DNA of 64,000 bases from a virus: positions 46,269 through 110,268 of the IMG/VR virus record IMGVR_UViG_3300045988_168232; one strand, given 5' to 3'. Shown piece after piece: positions 46,225-56,276 of this stretch. The position numbers and the translations under genes were made by a program. Under the pieces are notes generated by a model. The model saw nothing but the letters and a program-made list of their open reading frames with translations, made no database searches and was not told the DNA's origin. Within the stretch, counting starts at the first letter, position 1, and each line of letters starts with the position of its first letter.

Positions 46225-46902
46225 ATGCAGTTTATGTCATCAAAAATGCCGTTAAAACCGGACAAATCAACTGTTAAATGTAAGCAGTTAAGTCCAAGTG
46301 AAAAAGAAATACTTTTCAATAAGTACATTGTTCCTAATTTCAGTAGCATAAAAAGTCTTACAAGGAGATATACTGACCATTATCAGGATGTTGATGAAAA
46401 TTACAATTACTGTCTGGCCCAATTATTCAATTACATTGGATCATACAATCCAGAGCAGAAACTTGATACATGGATTCATATTTGCGTCAAACGAGCGTGT
46501 TTTCATCAAAATAAAAAACGTGCAGAAGATGCTTCACATTGGACCGATATAGAAATGTGTACCAATGAAGACATTTATCAAAATGGAACGAATATGATTG
46601 TTGATGCGGGATTCGGAACATTGATAGATAATATATCAGATCAAATGTATAACGCATTAATGCAAATACCTTCACAGAGATTATCTCCATTTATGATGTA
46701 TGTACAAGGACATCGTATAAGGGAGATAACTGCTGCAGAATGGAGAATGGGGCATCTTGAAAAACGAAGTGAAGATGTTGTGAAAAGTCGGATATATTGG
46801 GCTAAAAGAGAATTGCAATACATACTCAGACAATATGGAATTACAAGAAAGAACCGTAAAGGTCCGGAAAATGATCGAGACTGTAGTGAAGAGGACGATT
46901 AA
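46225..46902 (+). CDS. sigma-70 family (ECF-like) RNA polymerase sigma factor
   Basis: The region-2-like segment is DVDENYNYCLAQLFNYIGSYNPEQKLDTWIHICVKRACFHQNKKR. The region-4-like HTH is RLSPFMMYVQGHRIREITAAEW...VVKSRIYWAKRELQYIL. Confidence 0.6.
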   Translation: MQFMSSKMPLKPDKSTVKCKQLSPSEKEILFNKYIVPNFSSIKSLTRRYTDHYQDVDENYNYCLAQLFNYIGSYNPEQKLDTWIHICVKRACFHQNKKRAEDASHWTDIEMCTNEDIYQNGTNMIVDAGFGTLIDNISDQMYNALMQIPSQRLSPFMMYVQGHRIREITAAEWRMGHLEKRSEDVVKSRIYWAKRELQYILRQYGITRKNRKGPENDRDCSEEDD

Positions 46903-47464
46903 TCCTAAATGGAGGTTTACTCAAAGTGGTATTGCTGCAATCTATTTACAAAATGGGTTGCAGCAACTACCCTCCTTGTTCGGGGTATCGGATATTGATG
47001 ATGAGAGAATTGTAGATTATCTCATTTATCAGTTGTATCGAATGCGCTCATTTATTGCAGATGGTTCATGGCAGTATACTTGGTTGTTTTCTAATTCTGC
47101 TATGGACAAATTCAAAAAGCAATTTTTAAGTGCTGACGGAAAATCTGGAATGAATTATTATATCAATCAATGGTTGGATGAGGCAGAATTATCACGTAGT
47201 AAATTAACAGTGATGATAGCACAGCCAAAACCTAACCCATTAAGAAAAATGATTTATTTGGCTTCAGAAGAGCCGATAAAAAAGAGGTTCCTGAATACAG
47301 AAGATGGACTGGCGTTATGCCAGCGTTCGACTACAGGTTGGAGTCCGCTGTCTGAAACTTGTGGACAATGTGATTACTGGGCTGAGTGTGGAAAAATGAC
47401 CGCTAAAAAGTACCCAGAACTTATGCGGTTCAGAAAAGAAGAATATGGCAGGAAAGAAAAATGA
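46835..47464 (+). CDS. hypothetical protein
   Basis: A 209-aa ORF that overlaps the 3' end of the sigma gene. It has a C-terminal CGQCDYWAECG. Confidence 0.45.
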   Translation: MELQERTVKVRKMIETVVKRTINPKWRFTQSGIAAIYLQNGLQQLPSLFGVSDIDDERIVDYLIYQLYRMRSFIADGSWQYTWLFSNSAMDKFKKQFLSADGKSGMNYYINQWLDEAELSRSKLTVMIAQPKPNPLRKMIYLASEEPIKKRFLNTEDGLALCQRSTTGWSPLSETCGQCDYWAECGKMTAKKYPELMRFRKEEYGRKEK

Positions 47465-48800
47465 TAATGTATTGACATCTGAGTTTTTGGCAGAATTGTA
47501 TAATTGTGCCATAACGAACAATCAAATTTGTTCAGTAGTGTCAAGATACATGGAAGATTCGTTTCTTCCAGATCAACAATACCAGATGCTAAATTCTGCA
47601 TTAAAGAGTTATTTTGCAGAGTATAAGACCGCACCGCAATATGGTATCATTACGCAGCGTTTATCCTCTTCAAGAGCAGTTTCAGAATTACTGGAAGAGA
47701 TTCGTGAAGTGGCGACAAGCGTAGATATGGACGGTATCAGAGATCAGTTTGAAGAGTATTTGAAATTGGTTCAGTTCAAGAAGATTTTTAAGGAAGTTTC
47801 TAAAAAATATGAGGATGGTGAGCGTATCAATGCAATGATGTCCTTTACAAGAGAGGCCATGAAGTTGCAGCAATTTTCATTAAAACCGGAAGAGTTTATT
47901 GATATTGCTCAAACTTATGAAGAACGATTGAGAGAAAATAAGGTTCGTAATGATAATCCTGTTTCTAAAATGGTCAATAGTTTTTATATTGATGGATTGG
48001 ATGAACTGAATCAAGGTAGAAATTTGCGAACACAGCTGTCGTTATTCCTTGCTATGTCAGGTGTTGGTAAAAGTCATATAGCACGTTGGATAGGATACAA
48101 TGCTGCATATATAAGTGGACTTGATGTATTACATATCCAATTGGAAGGTGCCGCATCAGAAACAACAGATGCTTATTCTGCAATGTTGAGTGGTACAACA
48201 ACTTATGAATATGAGAGCGGAAAGGTCAATAATCATACATTAGAGCATTTAAAAAGTCTGCTTGATACTTATAAAGGGACATTGAAAGTAAAGGCTTACC
48301 CTAAATTTGGCAAAGAAGTATCGACTACAGATATTAGAACTGATTGTGATAAATATAGGGAAAAATTTGGGAAATACCCAGATGTTGTGATTGTCGATTC
48401 TCTTGACCTTTGTACTGATTCTTCAGGAAAAAACTGGGATGCGAAATCATTGCGACATAAACGTATCGCCACAGCACAAGACTTAAAAGACCTTGCTGGT
48501 GAAATAGATGGCTGGTTAGTTGTAACGTATCAGGCTACGATTGAAAATCCTGAATGGGTGAATGATGAGAAGAATGTGCTTACAGCATTTAATACATCTG
48601 AATGTAAGGGGTTACAGAGACCTTGTACACATCTTATATCGTTGAATCAAAGCAAGAAGGAATATCGCGAGGGAACTATGAGGCTTTATGCTGATAAGTT
48701 TAGATTTTGTAAAAAGGGAGAGCCTTTTAGGATTGCTTTAGACTATGAGCATGAAGTTTTCTATGATAGGGTGCGAACATTAAATTTACCGCAGGAATAA
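47445..48800 (+). CDS. DnaB-like replicative helicase
   Basis: Walker A is LAMSGVGKSHIA and Walker B is DVVIVDSLDL. It sits adjacent to the primase. Confidence 0.6.
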   Translation: MAGKKNDNVLTSEFLAELYNCAITNNQICSVVSRYMEDSFLPDQQYQMLNSALKSYFAEYKTAPQYGIITQRLSSSRAVSELLEEIREVATSVDMDGIRDQFEEYLKLVQFKKIFKEVSKKYEDGERINAMMSFTREAMKLQQFSLKPEEFIDIAQTYEERLRENKVRNDNPVSKMVNSFYIDGLDELNQGRNLRTQLSLFLAMSGVGKSHIARWIGYNAAYISGLDVLHIQLEGAASETTDAYSAMLSGTTTYEYESGKVNNHTLEHLKSLLDTYKGTLKVKAYPKFGKEVSTTDIRTDCDKYREKFGKYPDVVIVDSLDLCTDSSGKNWDAKSLRHKRIATAQDLKDLAGEIDGWLVVTYQATIENPEWVNDEKNVLTAFNTSECKGLQRPCTHLISLNQSKKEYREGTMRLYADKFRFCKKGEPFRIALDYEHEVFYDRVRTLNLPQE

Positions 48801-48835
48801 ATGATTAAAGCAGTTAAATAAGCTGATTACACACA

Positions 48836-49855
48836 ATGATTATCACACCAGAAATGCAGCGTTCCATTACAGAAGAGCTGCTCTATGACTTTAGAGGCAA
48901 GATGGACGGGTCTCGCCGGAATATACTTATACAACATTGTCCTTTCTGTGGACATGACGGTTTTAAGTATGGTATTTATGTTGGAAACAATCTTGGAAAG
49001 AAGCGCTTTGGTATGTCTAATTGCTATCATTGTAACAGACGATATGGTTCATTGAAGGAAACTCTGAAAGCACTTGGAAGAGAGGATTTACTTCCAAAAG
49101 AAACAGCGCAACTTGATGACTCAGAAACAGATATTTCATCCATGTTTGACGATGAAATAGATGATGAATTGGTTGACGCAGTAATGCCGAATGGTTATAA
49201 ACGCTGCTACAGAAATAGCTATTTGAAATCACGTGGTTGGGTTATGGATGATTATGAATATTTCCCGGTTGGTACTAATCGTGGTTTTGATAGAGAGTAC
49301 AATGATTATATTATTTTAGAGGTTCGTGATGAGGGTCGATGCGTTGGATTTGTTGCACGTAGCATTCTTAGTAAAGATGAGATAGATTCATATAATTCCA
49401 GACATCATTTTAAGATACGTCGATATAAAAATTCAGATGAACGTATGGGTAATGGATTTTCTAAAATGTTATATAATTATGATGCTATTGAAACAATGAC
49501 TACTCACTCTGTAATTCTGTGCGAAGGGCCATTCGATGTTGTTGGGCTTAATCGAAAATTAGAACTTTATGACAACAAACATATTGTTCCGGTAGCAACT
49601 TTCGGCAAAAAGATTAGTCAGGAGCAAATGTTTAAGTTGCAGAAAAAAGGTGTTGAACAAATTGTGATAGGTTATGACAATGACGCAAAAGAAACCACAT
49701 CCAGAATTGCTATGGAATTGGAAAAATACTTTGACGTACTGATTGCTGACATACCTAATGGCGTTGGTAAAGACTGGGATGAAATGGATGTTGAGGATAT
49801 CTATGATGTCTTTGCTTTTAATTTAAAAACTATTCGTGAATTTAATCTTGGATAA
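48836..49855 (+). CDS. DNA primase (Zn-finger + Toprim)
   Basis: The Zn finger is CPFCGH...CYHCNRRYGS. The Toprim motif is VILCEGPFDVVG ... VIGYDNDAKE. Confidence 0.65.
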   Translation: MIITPEMQRSITEELLYDFRGKMDGSRRNILIQHCPFCGHDGFKYGIYVGNNLGKKRFGMSNCYHCNRRYGSLKETLKALGREDLLPKETAQLDDSETDISSMFDDEIDDELVDAVMPNGYKRCYRNSYLKSRGWVMDDYEYFPVGTNRGFDREYNDYIILEVRDEGRCVGFVARSILSKDEIDSYNSRHHFKIRRYKNSDERMGNGFSKMLYNYDAIETMTTHSVILCEGPFDVVGLNRKLELYDNKHIVPVATFGKKISQEQMFKLQKKGVEQIVIGYDNDAKETTSRIAMELEKYFDVLIADIPNGVGKDWDEMDVEDIYDVFAFNLKTIREFNLG

Positions 49856-51617
49856 AATGAGTGAAGCAGTAACATTAAAAGAATGGCTTGACAATCATCA
49901 TATAACTTATTCTCTAAGAAAAGATGTATTGGTTATTCCTGGATTTGGTAGATGTTTAATTCAGGAAAGTTACGACCATATTTTCAAACAGAATAAAGAT
50001 GGGGAGACTGTTTTTAATTCTATTGAAAACATATCATATCTTTTGGCTGATGATATTACTTATATCGTTTTTCCATTTGGTTGCAGATGGTTTTATGTGG
50101 ATATCCGTAATGACCCATTGGATTTACAATTTCAAATACTTAGATATGTTGGTGATTCTCCTGTATTTGAACATAAATGTGAATTTTATCCGCTTGGTAT
50201 CCACTCTGGATATGAATTACTAAATGGAAGTGGTTTATTGAAAGATTGGTGCACAAAAACAAAATTTTTAGGATATAAAGGTTTATCTGTTGCGGATAGA
50301 AATACAATGGCAGCGTCTTTGGATTTACAGCAATCCGCAACAGAAAAAGGTATTAAATATTGCTTTGGCTATTCATTGACAGTAAATACTGGAAAAGATA
50401 AAGTTGGGGTTAAAATATATTCGGCTACGCAACAGGGGTTTAAAAATATGCTCCGTATTCAAAAGGCAATAGCTGTTGATAATATAGACACCAAAGAGAT
50501 TAATCTGATTGATTTTTTGAATTTGGCAGATGGTAATACTTTGGTATTTGATAAATGGTCCGGACATTGGTTGACCGACAATAAGGGGATTCTTCAGGAT
50601 TTTATTACAGCTTTTTCTGGGTGGGTGTTTTTTCAAGTTGATACAACTGAATATCGTGCAGACAGAATAGATTCAACTCTTCTTCAAAGTCAAAAGGCAT
50701 ATTTTGATAATTTTTATTTAGGTGATTTAGAGTATTATATGGATGTCCGTCCAGTTTTGATTCAAGATGTATATTATTTGGATAAAGAGGACTGGAAAAC
50801 AAAAATCATTCTCAATAAAATTGATACTGGTGCGGCACATGAACAATCACATAATCAATATTTGAAAACTATAGACGAATTGTATAATGAATTTAGATCT
50901 CTATTCTCAGACCGATATGATGATGATGTGTTTTATGATATGTGTGAATCCACTGCCGACATTATTGAAAATGCCACAGCTGCTTATGATTTGAGTGATA
51001 ACTATGCTCCCAAATATGATATGACTCCACAGGAGCAGGCTAAATATGGCAATACGCTTAATATGTTTCACCAATTAATAGAAGAGGGGTTTAAGAAGCT
51101 GGTTCCAGAGGGGGAGGAAGAGCGATATCGTAAACGTGTTGAATATGAAAAATATGTCATAGAGAGTACGGATAACGTAGATTATTTCTTGATTCAGAGA
51201 GATGAGTTGAATTGGGCGCAAGAAAATGGTATTTTGACTGGAATTGGTCGTGGATCTGCCGGAGGATGTTTATTGTTATATTTGATGGGCATTACATTTA
51301 TTGACCCACTTAAATATGATTTGATTTTTGAGCGTTTCCTGTTACCTGAGAGAGCCGGTCTTGTGCCTGATAAAGTAACAATAGTGGCGGAAGAAATTCA
51401 GTCTTCGGATTATTTTGAATTGGCTTTTGAAAATGGGGAAAGACTCTTGCTTGATAAAGATGCAGAATTGGTTGTAAATCGCAATGGAGAGCAATTGATT
51501 GTGTATGCAGATGAACTGCAAGAAGGTGATGATATTCAGTTTGATAATTGTGATTTACTTCACACGTTGCCTAATATTTTGCAGTATGAAAATTCAATCC
51601 ATAATCAGAAAAACTAA
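49836..51617 (+). CDS. dnaE: DNA polymerase III alpha (DnaE-type), N-terminal fragment ending in a split-intein-N-like tail
   Basis: A PHP-like region is followed by GIGRGSAGGCLLLYLMGITFIDPLKYDLIFERFLLPER, which is DnaE-conserved. Homology then breaks. The last ~87 aa (AGLVPDK...DYFELAFENGERLLLDKDAELVV...LHTLPN...) look like a Hint-fold N-half. Confidence 0.8.
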   Translation: MNLILDKMSEAVTLKEWLDNHHITYSLRKDVLVIPGFGRCLIQESYDHIFKQNKDGETVFNSIENISYLLADDITYIVFPFGCRWFYVDIRNDPLDLQFQILRYVGDSPVFEHKCEFYPLGIHSGYELLNGSGLLKDWCTKTKFLGYKGLSVADRNTMAASLDLQQSATEKGIKYCFGYSLTVNTGKDKVGVKIYSATQQGFKNMLRIQKAIAVDNIDTKEINLIDFLNLADGNTLVFDKWSGHWLTDNKGILQDFITAFSGWVFFQVDTTEYRADRIDSTLLQSQKAYFDNFYLGDLEYYMDVRPVLIQDVYYLDKEDWKTKIILNKIDTGAAHEQSHNQYLKTIDELYNEFRSLFSDRYDDDVFYDMCESTADIIENATAAYDLSDNYAPKYDMTPQEQAKYGNTLNMFHQLIEEGFKKLVPEGEEERYRKRVEYEKYVIESTDNVDYFLIQRDELNWAQENGILTGIGRGSAGGCLLLYLMGITFIDPLKYDLIFERFLLPERAGLVPDKVTIVAEEIQSSDYFELAFENGERLLLDKDAELVVNRNGEQLIVYADELQEGDDIQFDNCDLLHTLPNILQYENSIHNQKN

Positions 51618-54582
51618 CACAGTATTAGTGAATGACTGTTATGCCGGAGATGGGTATGTAAAGCGTAATCATGGCTCATTGCCAGATATTGACTCAGATT
51701 TTAATGCGGAACGTAGAGATGAAGTTAAGGCATATTTAGAGAGAAGATATAATAAAAATGGGTTGCAGAGAGTGTTTTCGGCCGGCACATTTACTACTGA
51801 AAAAATAAAATCAGTGATTAAAGATGTGGCCAGAACTTATAAAATTTCACAAGCCACTACTAATTATCTTACAGCTATTCTTGATGATAATATGACGTGG
51901 ACGGATTTGATGAAAATGGCATCAACCGATAAGCGCATGAAGGATTTTATAATGAAATATCCTGATGTATTTGAAGAGATTTTACCAATTATGGGGCAAG
52001 CACGTTCTGCCGGTATTCATGCGTCCGCACTTATTATTACTCCAGAATTTGTTAAAGGTGAGCGTGTCGAGTGTTTTGATTTGTTGCCGATTAGAAAAAT
52101 GGGCGATCTTCTTGTTTCTGAGATTTCTGGTAATGATATTGATGCAATCGGTATTCTTAAAAATGATGTTCTTGGTATTAGGGAGCTTACAAGACTTTCT
52201 GATACATTGAATCTTGTAAGCAATGAGTATAATGTGCATTATACTATATTGGAAATTGCATCTAAATATTTGAATGACCCGAAGGTTTTTAAAATCATTC
52301 GTGAAGGTAATACTCAGGGAATCTTTCAAATGGGGGGTGAAGGTATTACAAAATTTATAAAGCGTCTTGCTCCCGATAATGTCAATGACCTTATTGCATC
52401 AGTTGCTCTGTTTCGTCCTGGACCGTTGGATTCTGGTGCTGCTGATAATTATGTGCGTGCTAAACGGGGTGAGTATGAGCCAACGTATTTATGGGGGACG
52501 TATGAAATCCTAAAAGATACATACGCCCAGATGGTTTATCAAGAGCAGATTTCCCGTGTTGCTCAAAAAGTAGGTGGTTTAAGTTTGGGTGACGGAGTGA
52601 ATCTGGTCAAGGCTCTAAGTAAGAAAAAACTGGAAAAGGTTCGCAAATTCCAAGATAAGTTTTTCTCAGGTGCTAAACGAAACGGATGTCCGAAAGAAGC
52701 CGCAGATCAAATCTGGAGTAATGTTGAGGACGCAGCCAAATATTCATTCAACGCCTGCATAGGAGGACACGAATATCTGTGGGGGAAACATAAAGAGAAA
52801 GGGCGTGGAACCAGAATCAATATTGGTGATATGTGGCGCACAGTACATGATTATGAATGGGCTAAAACTAATGGTAGATTATCTCTTAGACGTAAATACA
52901 TCAAGTATGGATATGGCACCTGTTGGTCGTTGAACGAAGAAGATAAGTTAGTTATAAATAGAATTGTTGATATTCGCTATCAAGGTGTCCGTCCGGTATA
53001 TCGGATAACGCTTGCAAATGGTGCTACTATTGATGTGACGGATAATCATAAGCATCCGACTCTTGATGGTAAAAAACGTACTGACCAATTGGTTCCAGGA
53101 GAGGATTTTATGTTTATAAGAGTTGGGTGGATAAAAGAAGATACATCATATCGTTTTACGGATAGGGGGCAGCAAAATAATCCACGGTATCATTCAAATG
53201 ATAATGTGGAATCATATATTGTCAATATCGAAGCAGGTCGGTGTGGTTTTGTTAAACGTTATACCAATTATACAAAATTGGAGTATTATGAAAAAAATCT
53301 CAAAAAAGATTATTGTGAAATATGTGGTTGCCGAAATAAACGTTTAGAAGTTCATCATATTAATGGAGACCATTCTGATGTGGGGGAAAACTATTCAAAT
53401 GTACAAACGACCTGTGTTAGTTGTCACAAAAAAGCACATTATCAGATGGGGCGTACAAAAATGGGACGCAAAGGACTTGGAACAGCTGTTGCACAGGTTG
53501 TATCTGTTGAATATTTGTGCAATATGGATGTATATGATGTTGAGATGGCAAATCCATATCATACTTTTTTAACCGGGAAAGGTGTTGTTACCTGCAATTC
53601 TCATGCAACAGCTTATGGTTTGACTGCTTATGTCGGGGCATGGTTAAAAACATATTATCCTACAGCTTTTTATACTGTAGTTTTGCGAGACCAAGACGAA
53701 GATAAAATGGCGGTTTTGATGAATGAGATAAAAGCTGTTGGAGGAACTGAAATTGAACAGCCGGATATTAATATTTCAGATGAAAATTTTACGGCAGATT
53801 TTAAGCATAATAAGATTTACTGGTCTTTGACTCGTATAAAACAGTTAGGACCAAAAGCTGTGAAGTATATAGTCCAGGAGCGTAAGCTATATGGTGAGTT
53901 CTATAACTTGGATGATTTTATCAAACGTATATTTAAGAGTAAATTTAAAAGTTTTAATGATGAAGGTACGGAAGAAACCAGAGAACGATGTCCAGTTACG
54001 GCACGTAGTGTTAGGAACCTTATTTTTTCCGGTGCTTTTGATAAGTGTGAGCATGTTGGTTCTGTGCTTGAACGATATGGATTGCTTGATAAAGCCGCCA
54101 CTCTTTTAGGATTTAAGTTGAATGAAAAAGAAGTTCCAGAGGATATGCGTGATAAGCATTATTTTTGGAGTAAACAGCAAATTACGATATCAGGTCATGG
54201 TTCCATTGATTATCGTAGGATTTATGATAATATGGAAAAGCCAAAGTCTTTACAATCTTATAAATACATTGAGTTCAAAGATTTGAATAATATGTTTTAT
54301 GAACTTAGGAAAGGAGTTATTTGTGCGGCTATTTGTTCTGTTTCGGACAAGTCATATAAAGATAGGCGTACTGGTGAAACAAAACATTTTGGGAAAATAG
54401 AATTGCAACAAAATACGGAGACTAATATTCTGACAATTTGGGATGATTGGGACATACTGAAAAAGGAGTTTAAAAATGCCGTAGGACACATTATTGCCAT
54501 TGTCGTGAATGTGAAATGGAGTGATTATGATGAAAAGAATACACTTCAGGTTGGCAAAAGTTCATTTTTTAAATTGATATAA
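51586..54582 (+). CDS. dnaE: DNA polymerase III alpha (DnaE-type), C-terminal fragment beginning with a split-intein-C-like peptide; contains an HNH intein
   Basis: I set the start at ATG 51586, giving MKIQSIIRKTNTVLVNDCYAGDGYVKRNHG followed by SLPDIDSDF, where DnaE homology resumes (compare E. coli PERVSMPDFDVDF). The ORF-track start 51499 lies out of frame inside the upstream ORF. Later DnaE motifs are present: GIHASALIIT, FRPGP and KYSFNA|intein|SHATAYG. Confidence 0.8.
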   Translation: MKIQSIIRKTNTVLVNDCYAGDGYVKRNHGSLPDIDSDFNAERRDEVKAYLERRYNKNGLQRVFSAGTFTTEKIKSVIKDVARTYKISQATTNYLTAILDDNMTWTDLMKMASTDKRMKDFIMKYPDVFEEILPIMGQARSAGIHASALIITPEFVKGERVECFDLLPIRKMGDLLVSEISGNDIDAIGILKNDVLGIRELTRLSDTLNLVSNEYNVHYTILEIASKYLNDPKVFKIIREGNTQGIFQMGGEGITKFIKRLAPDNVNDLIASVALFRPGPLDSGAADNYVRAKRGEYEPTYLWGTYEILKDTYAQMVYQEQISRVAQKVGGLSLGDGVNLVKALSKKKLEKVRKFQDKFFSGAKRNGCPKEAADQIWSNVEDAAKYSFNACIGGHEYLWGKHKEKGRGTRINIGDMWRTVHDYEWAKTNGRLSLRRKYIKYGYGTCWSLNEEDKLVINRIVDIRYQGVRPVYRITLANGATIDVTDNHKHPTLDGKKRTDQLVPGEDFMFIRVGWIKEDTSYRFTDRGQQNNPRYHSNDNVESYIVNIEAGRCGFVKRYTNYTKLEYYEKNLKKDYCEICGCRNKRLEVHHINGDHSDVGENYSNVQTTCVSCHKKAHYQMGRTKMGRKGLGTAVAQVVSVEYLCNMDVYDVEMANPYHTFLTGKGVVTCNSHATAYGLTAYVGAWLKTYYPTAFYTVVLRDQDEDKMAVLMNEIKAVGGTEIEQPDINISDENFTADFKHNKIYWSLTRIKQLGPKAVKYIVQERKLYGEFYNLDDFIKRIFKSKFKSFNDEGTEETRERCPVTARSVRNLIFSGAFDKCEHVGSVLERYGLLDKAATLLGFKLNEKEVPEDMRDKHYFWSKQQITISGHGSIDYRRIYDNMEKPKSLQSYKYIEFKDLNNMFYELRKGVICAAICSVSDKSYKDRRTGETKHFGKIELQQNTETNILTIWDDWDILKKEFKNAVGHIIAIVVNVKWSDYDEKNTLQVGKSSFFKLI
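52756..53598 (+). mobile_element. intein with HNH homing-endonuclease domain inside DnaE
   Basis: It interrupts the conserved FN(K/A)-SH motif. It begins with Cys (CIGGHEY) and has block B VTDNH. The HNH region is CEICGCRNKRLEVHHINGDHSD...CVSCHKKAH. It ends VVTCN, followed by Ser. Size is 281 aa. Confidence 0.85.
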
Positions 54583-54583
54583 T

Positions 54584-55483
54584 ATGTCATTTCTGATTGA
54601 TATACGAGAAGAACTTGATGAGCAAGTTCAAGAGCAAATCCGGAAATTTAGAAGGGAGAGTGCCGCTACGGGATATAAGGGATGGTATAGAATACAATCG
54701 GCTATTGCAAAGGCTCGTGATTTGACGATATATCATGATAATATAAAGAATTATATCATGCCTAATCTTTTTGATGATAATGGTGATGCAATCACATGGT
54801 ATCATTGGAGAGACCCACAGCAGGTACAAGTGAATATGATTAAACGAAATTTGAAAATAGCATCACATTATAGTCGAAAACGTGGAAAAGTGACCCCAAC
54901 CAGACTTAAAGTGTTGATGAAAGAGATTTTACAGTTCAGAATTAATGAATATTTAAACCCAATAGAAAATATGGAGAAACTTAAAATCATGTGCATTATT
55001 GGTGGATCTGGTTGTGGAAAAACGCTTGCATCCCTGCATTTGAAGTATCATAAAGATGCGAATGTCATTTGTTCTTTCACTACCAGACCTCCAAGAGAAA
55101 CGGAGGTTGAGGGTAGGGACCATCATTTTATTGATATAGTACCAGATAGAACAGAGTTAATTGCTTACACTCATTTTGGGGGCGCATATTATTATGCTAC
55201 TAAATGGCAAGTGTTTGGGCCATGTACGGTCTATGTGATAGATGAAAAAGGGTTGGAAAATCTACGTAAGGATTTTGGTGATGTATATGATATATATACG
55301 GTTTTGATTAAGCGAGATAAGTCATTACGTAGAAAGTCAGGTGTTGATGAAACTCGCCTACGTCGTGACGAGCGTCGAGATTTAAAAGATGAGAATTATG
55401 ATTATGTAATTGAGAATAATGGAAAGAAAGCCGATTTATTTTCAAGCATAGAAAGTATTTACGAAGAAATTAAAAATAAATGA
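54584..55483 (+). CDS. protein with C-terminal guanylate-kinase-like (nucleoside monophosphate kinase) domain
   Basis: The P-loop is IIGGSGCGKT. The guanylate-kinase signature TTRPPRETEVEGRDHHFI is present. The N-terminal ~130 aa are unassigned. Confidence 0.6.
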   Translation: MSFLIDIREELDEQVQEQIRKFRRESAATGYKGWYRIQSAIAKARDLTIYHDNIKNYIMPNLFDDNGDAITWYHWRDPQQVQVNMIKRNLKIASHYSRKRGKVTPTRLKVLMKEILQFRINEYLNPIENMEKLKIMCIIGGSGCGKTLASLHLKYHKDANVICSFTTRPPRETEVEGRDHHFIDIVPDRTELIAYTHFGGAYYYATKWQVFGPCTVYVIDEKGLENLRKDFGDVYDIYTVLIKRDKSLRRKSGVDETRLRRDERRDLKDENYDYVIENNGKKADLFSSIESIYEEIKNK

Positions 55484-55484
55484 T

Positions 55485-56264
55485 ATGGCAGCACCTACAG
55501 AAAAAGTAAACATTGTCACAGCAATAGTATATGACTTTGAAACAGGAGGTACGGATTGTACAAGATGTGCGGCAACTCAAATTTCGCTTCATGCAGTTCG
55601 TCTTGATACATTTGAGGTAATGGAAAAATATTCGTCTTACATTTATCCATATCATAAAAAAACTGATATTGGAAAACCGAAACGAAAGGTGTTGAAAAAT
55701 AAGTATGATAATGATGATTCGGAATTGATGGATTATGAAGATGTAGCATTAAAATACTCGCATATAACGATGGATATTCTATACAGTATGGGAAAACCAT
55801 TAGAAGATGTTTGTCAAGAAATTTGTGATTTTATAAAACGGAATACATTTTCGGTGGCGGCGAGCAACAAGCCAATTATGGTAGGGCAAAATCCATTATT
55901 CGATAAAAAGTTCATGCAACAGATTATGTTGTATTCTGGACTTTGGAATGATTTCTGTAAATTGGTTCGAGGAGAAAAGGATTTTTGGGGAAATTTCCAA
56001 CCGGCACAACTTGATACTATCATTTTATCGCAGCTAACTTTTGATAATGACAAAAGCATTACAACATGGAGGCTGGAGTCAATGGCAGAACGATTTGGTA
56101 TTGATTTGGAAGACGCACATGACGCTGATGCCGATGTAACAGCGACAAGGGAGATTTTGAGGATCGTTACATCCCGGATGCGTGAACAAAGTACTGGAGG
56201 TAATGCTATTGGTAGTTTGGCTACTGAGAAGCAAGAAAAATTGAGAGACCATTTTAAAATTTAA
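55485..56264 (+). CDS. DnaQ-like 3'-5' exonuclease (DEDDh)
   Basis: ExoI is VYDFETGG, ExoII is GQNPLFDKKFM and ExoIII is HDADADV. Confidence 0.75.
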   Translation: MAAPTEKVNIVTAIVYDFETGGTDCTRCAATQISLHAVRLDTFEVMEKYSSYIYPYHKKTDIGKPKRKVLKNKYDNDDSELMDYEDVALKYSHITMDILYSMGKPLEDVCQEICDFIKRNTFSVAASNKPIMVGQNPLFDKKFMQQIMLYSGLWNDFCKLVRGEKDFWGNFQPAQLDTIILSQLTFDNDKSITTWRLESMAERFGIDLEDAHDADADVTATREILRIVTSRMREQSTGGNAIGSLATEKQEKLRDHFKI

Positions 56265-56276
56265 AACTATTGTAAT

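Noticed and set aside
51499-51585. The ORF-track start (ATG 51499) for the second DnaE ORF.
   Set aside because: These codons (MCMQMNCKKVMIFSLIIVIYFTRCLIFCS) lie out of frame inside the first DnaE ORF and look non-protein-like. ATG 51586 gives a split-intein-C-like peptide and is preferred.
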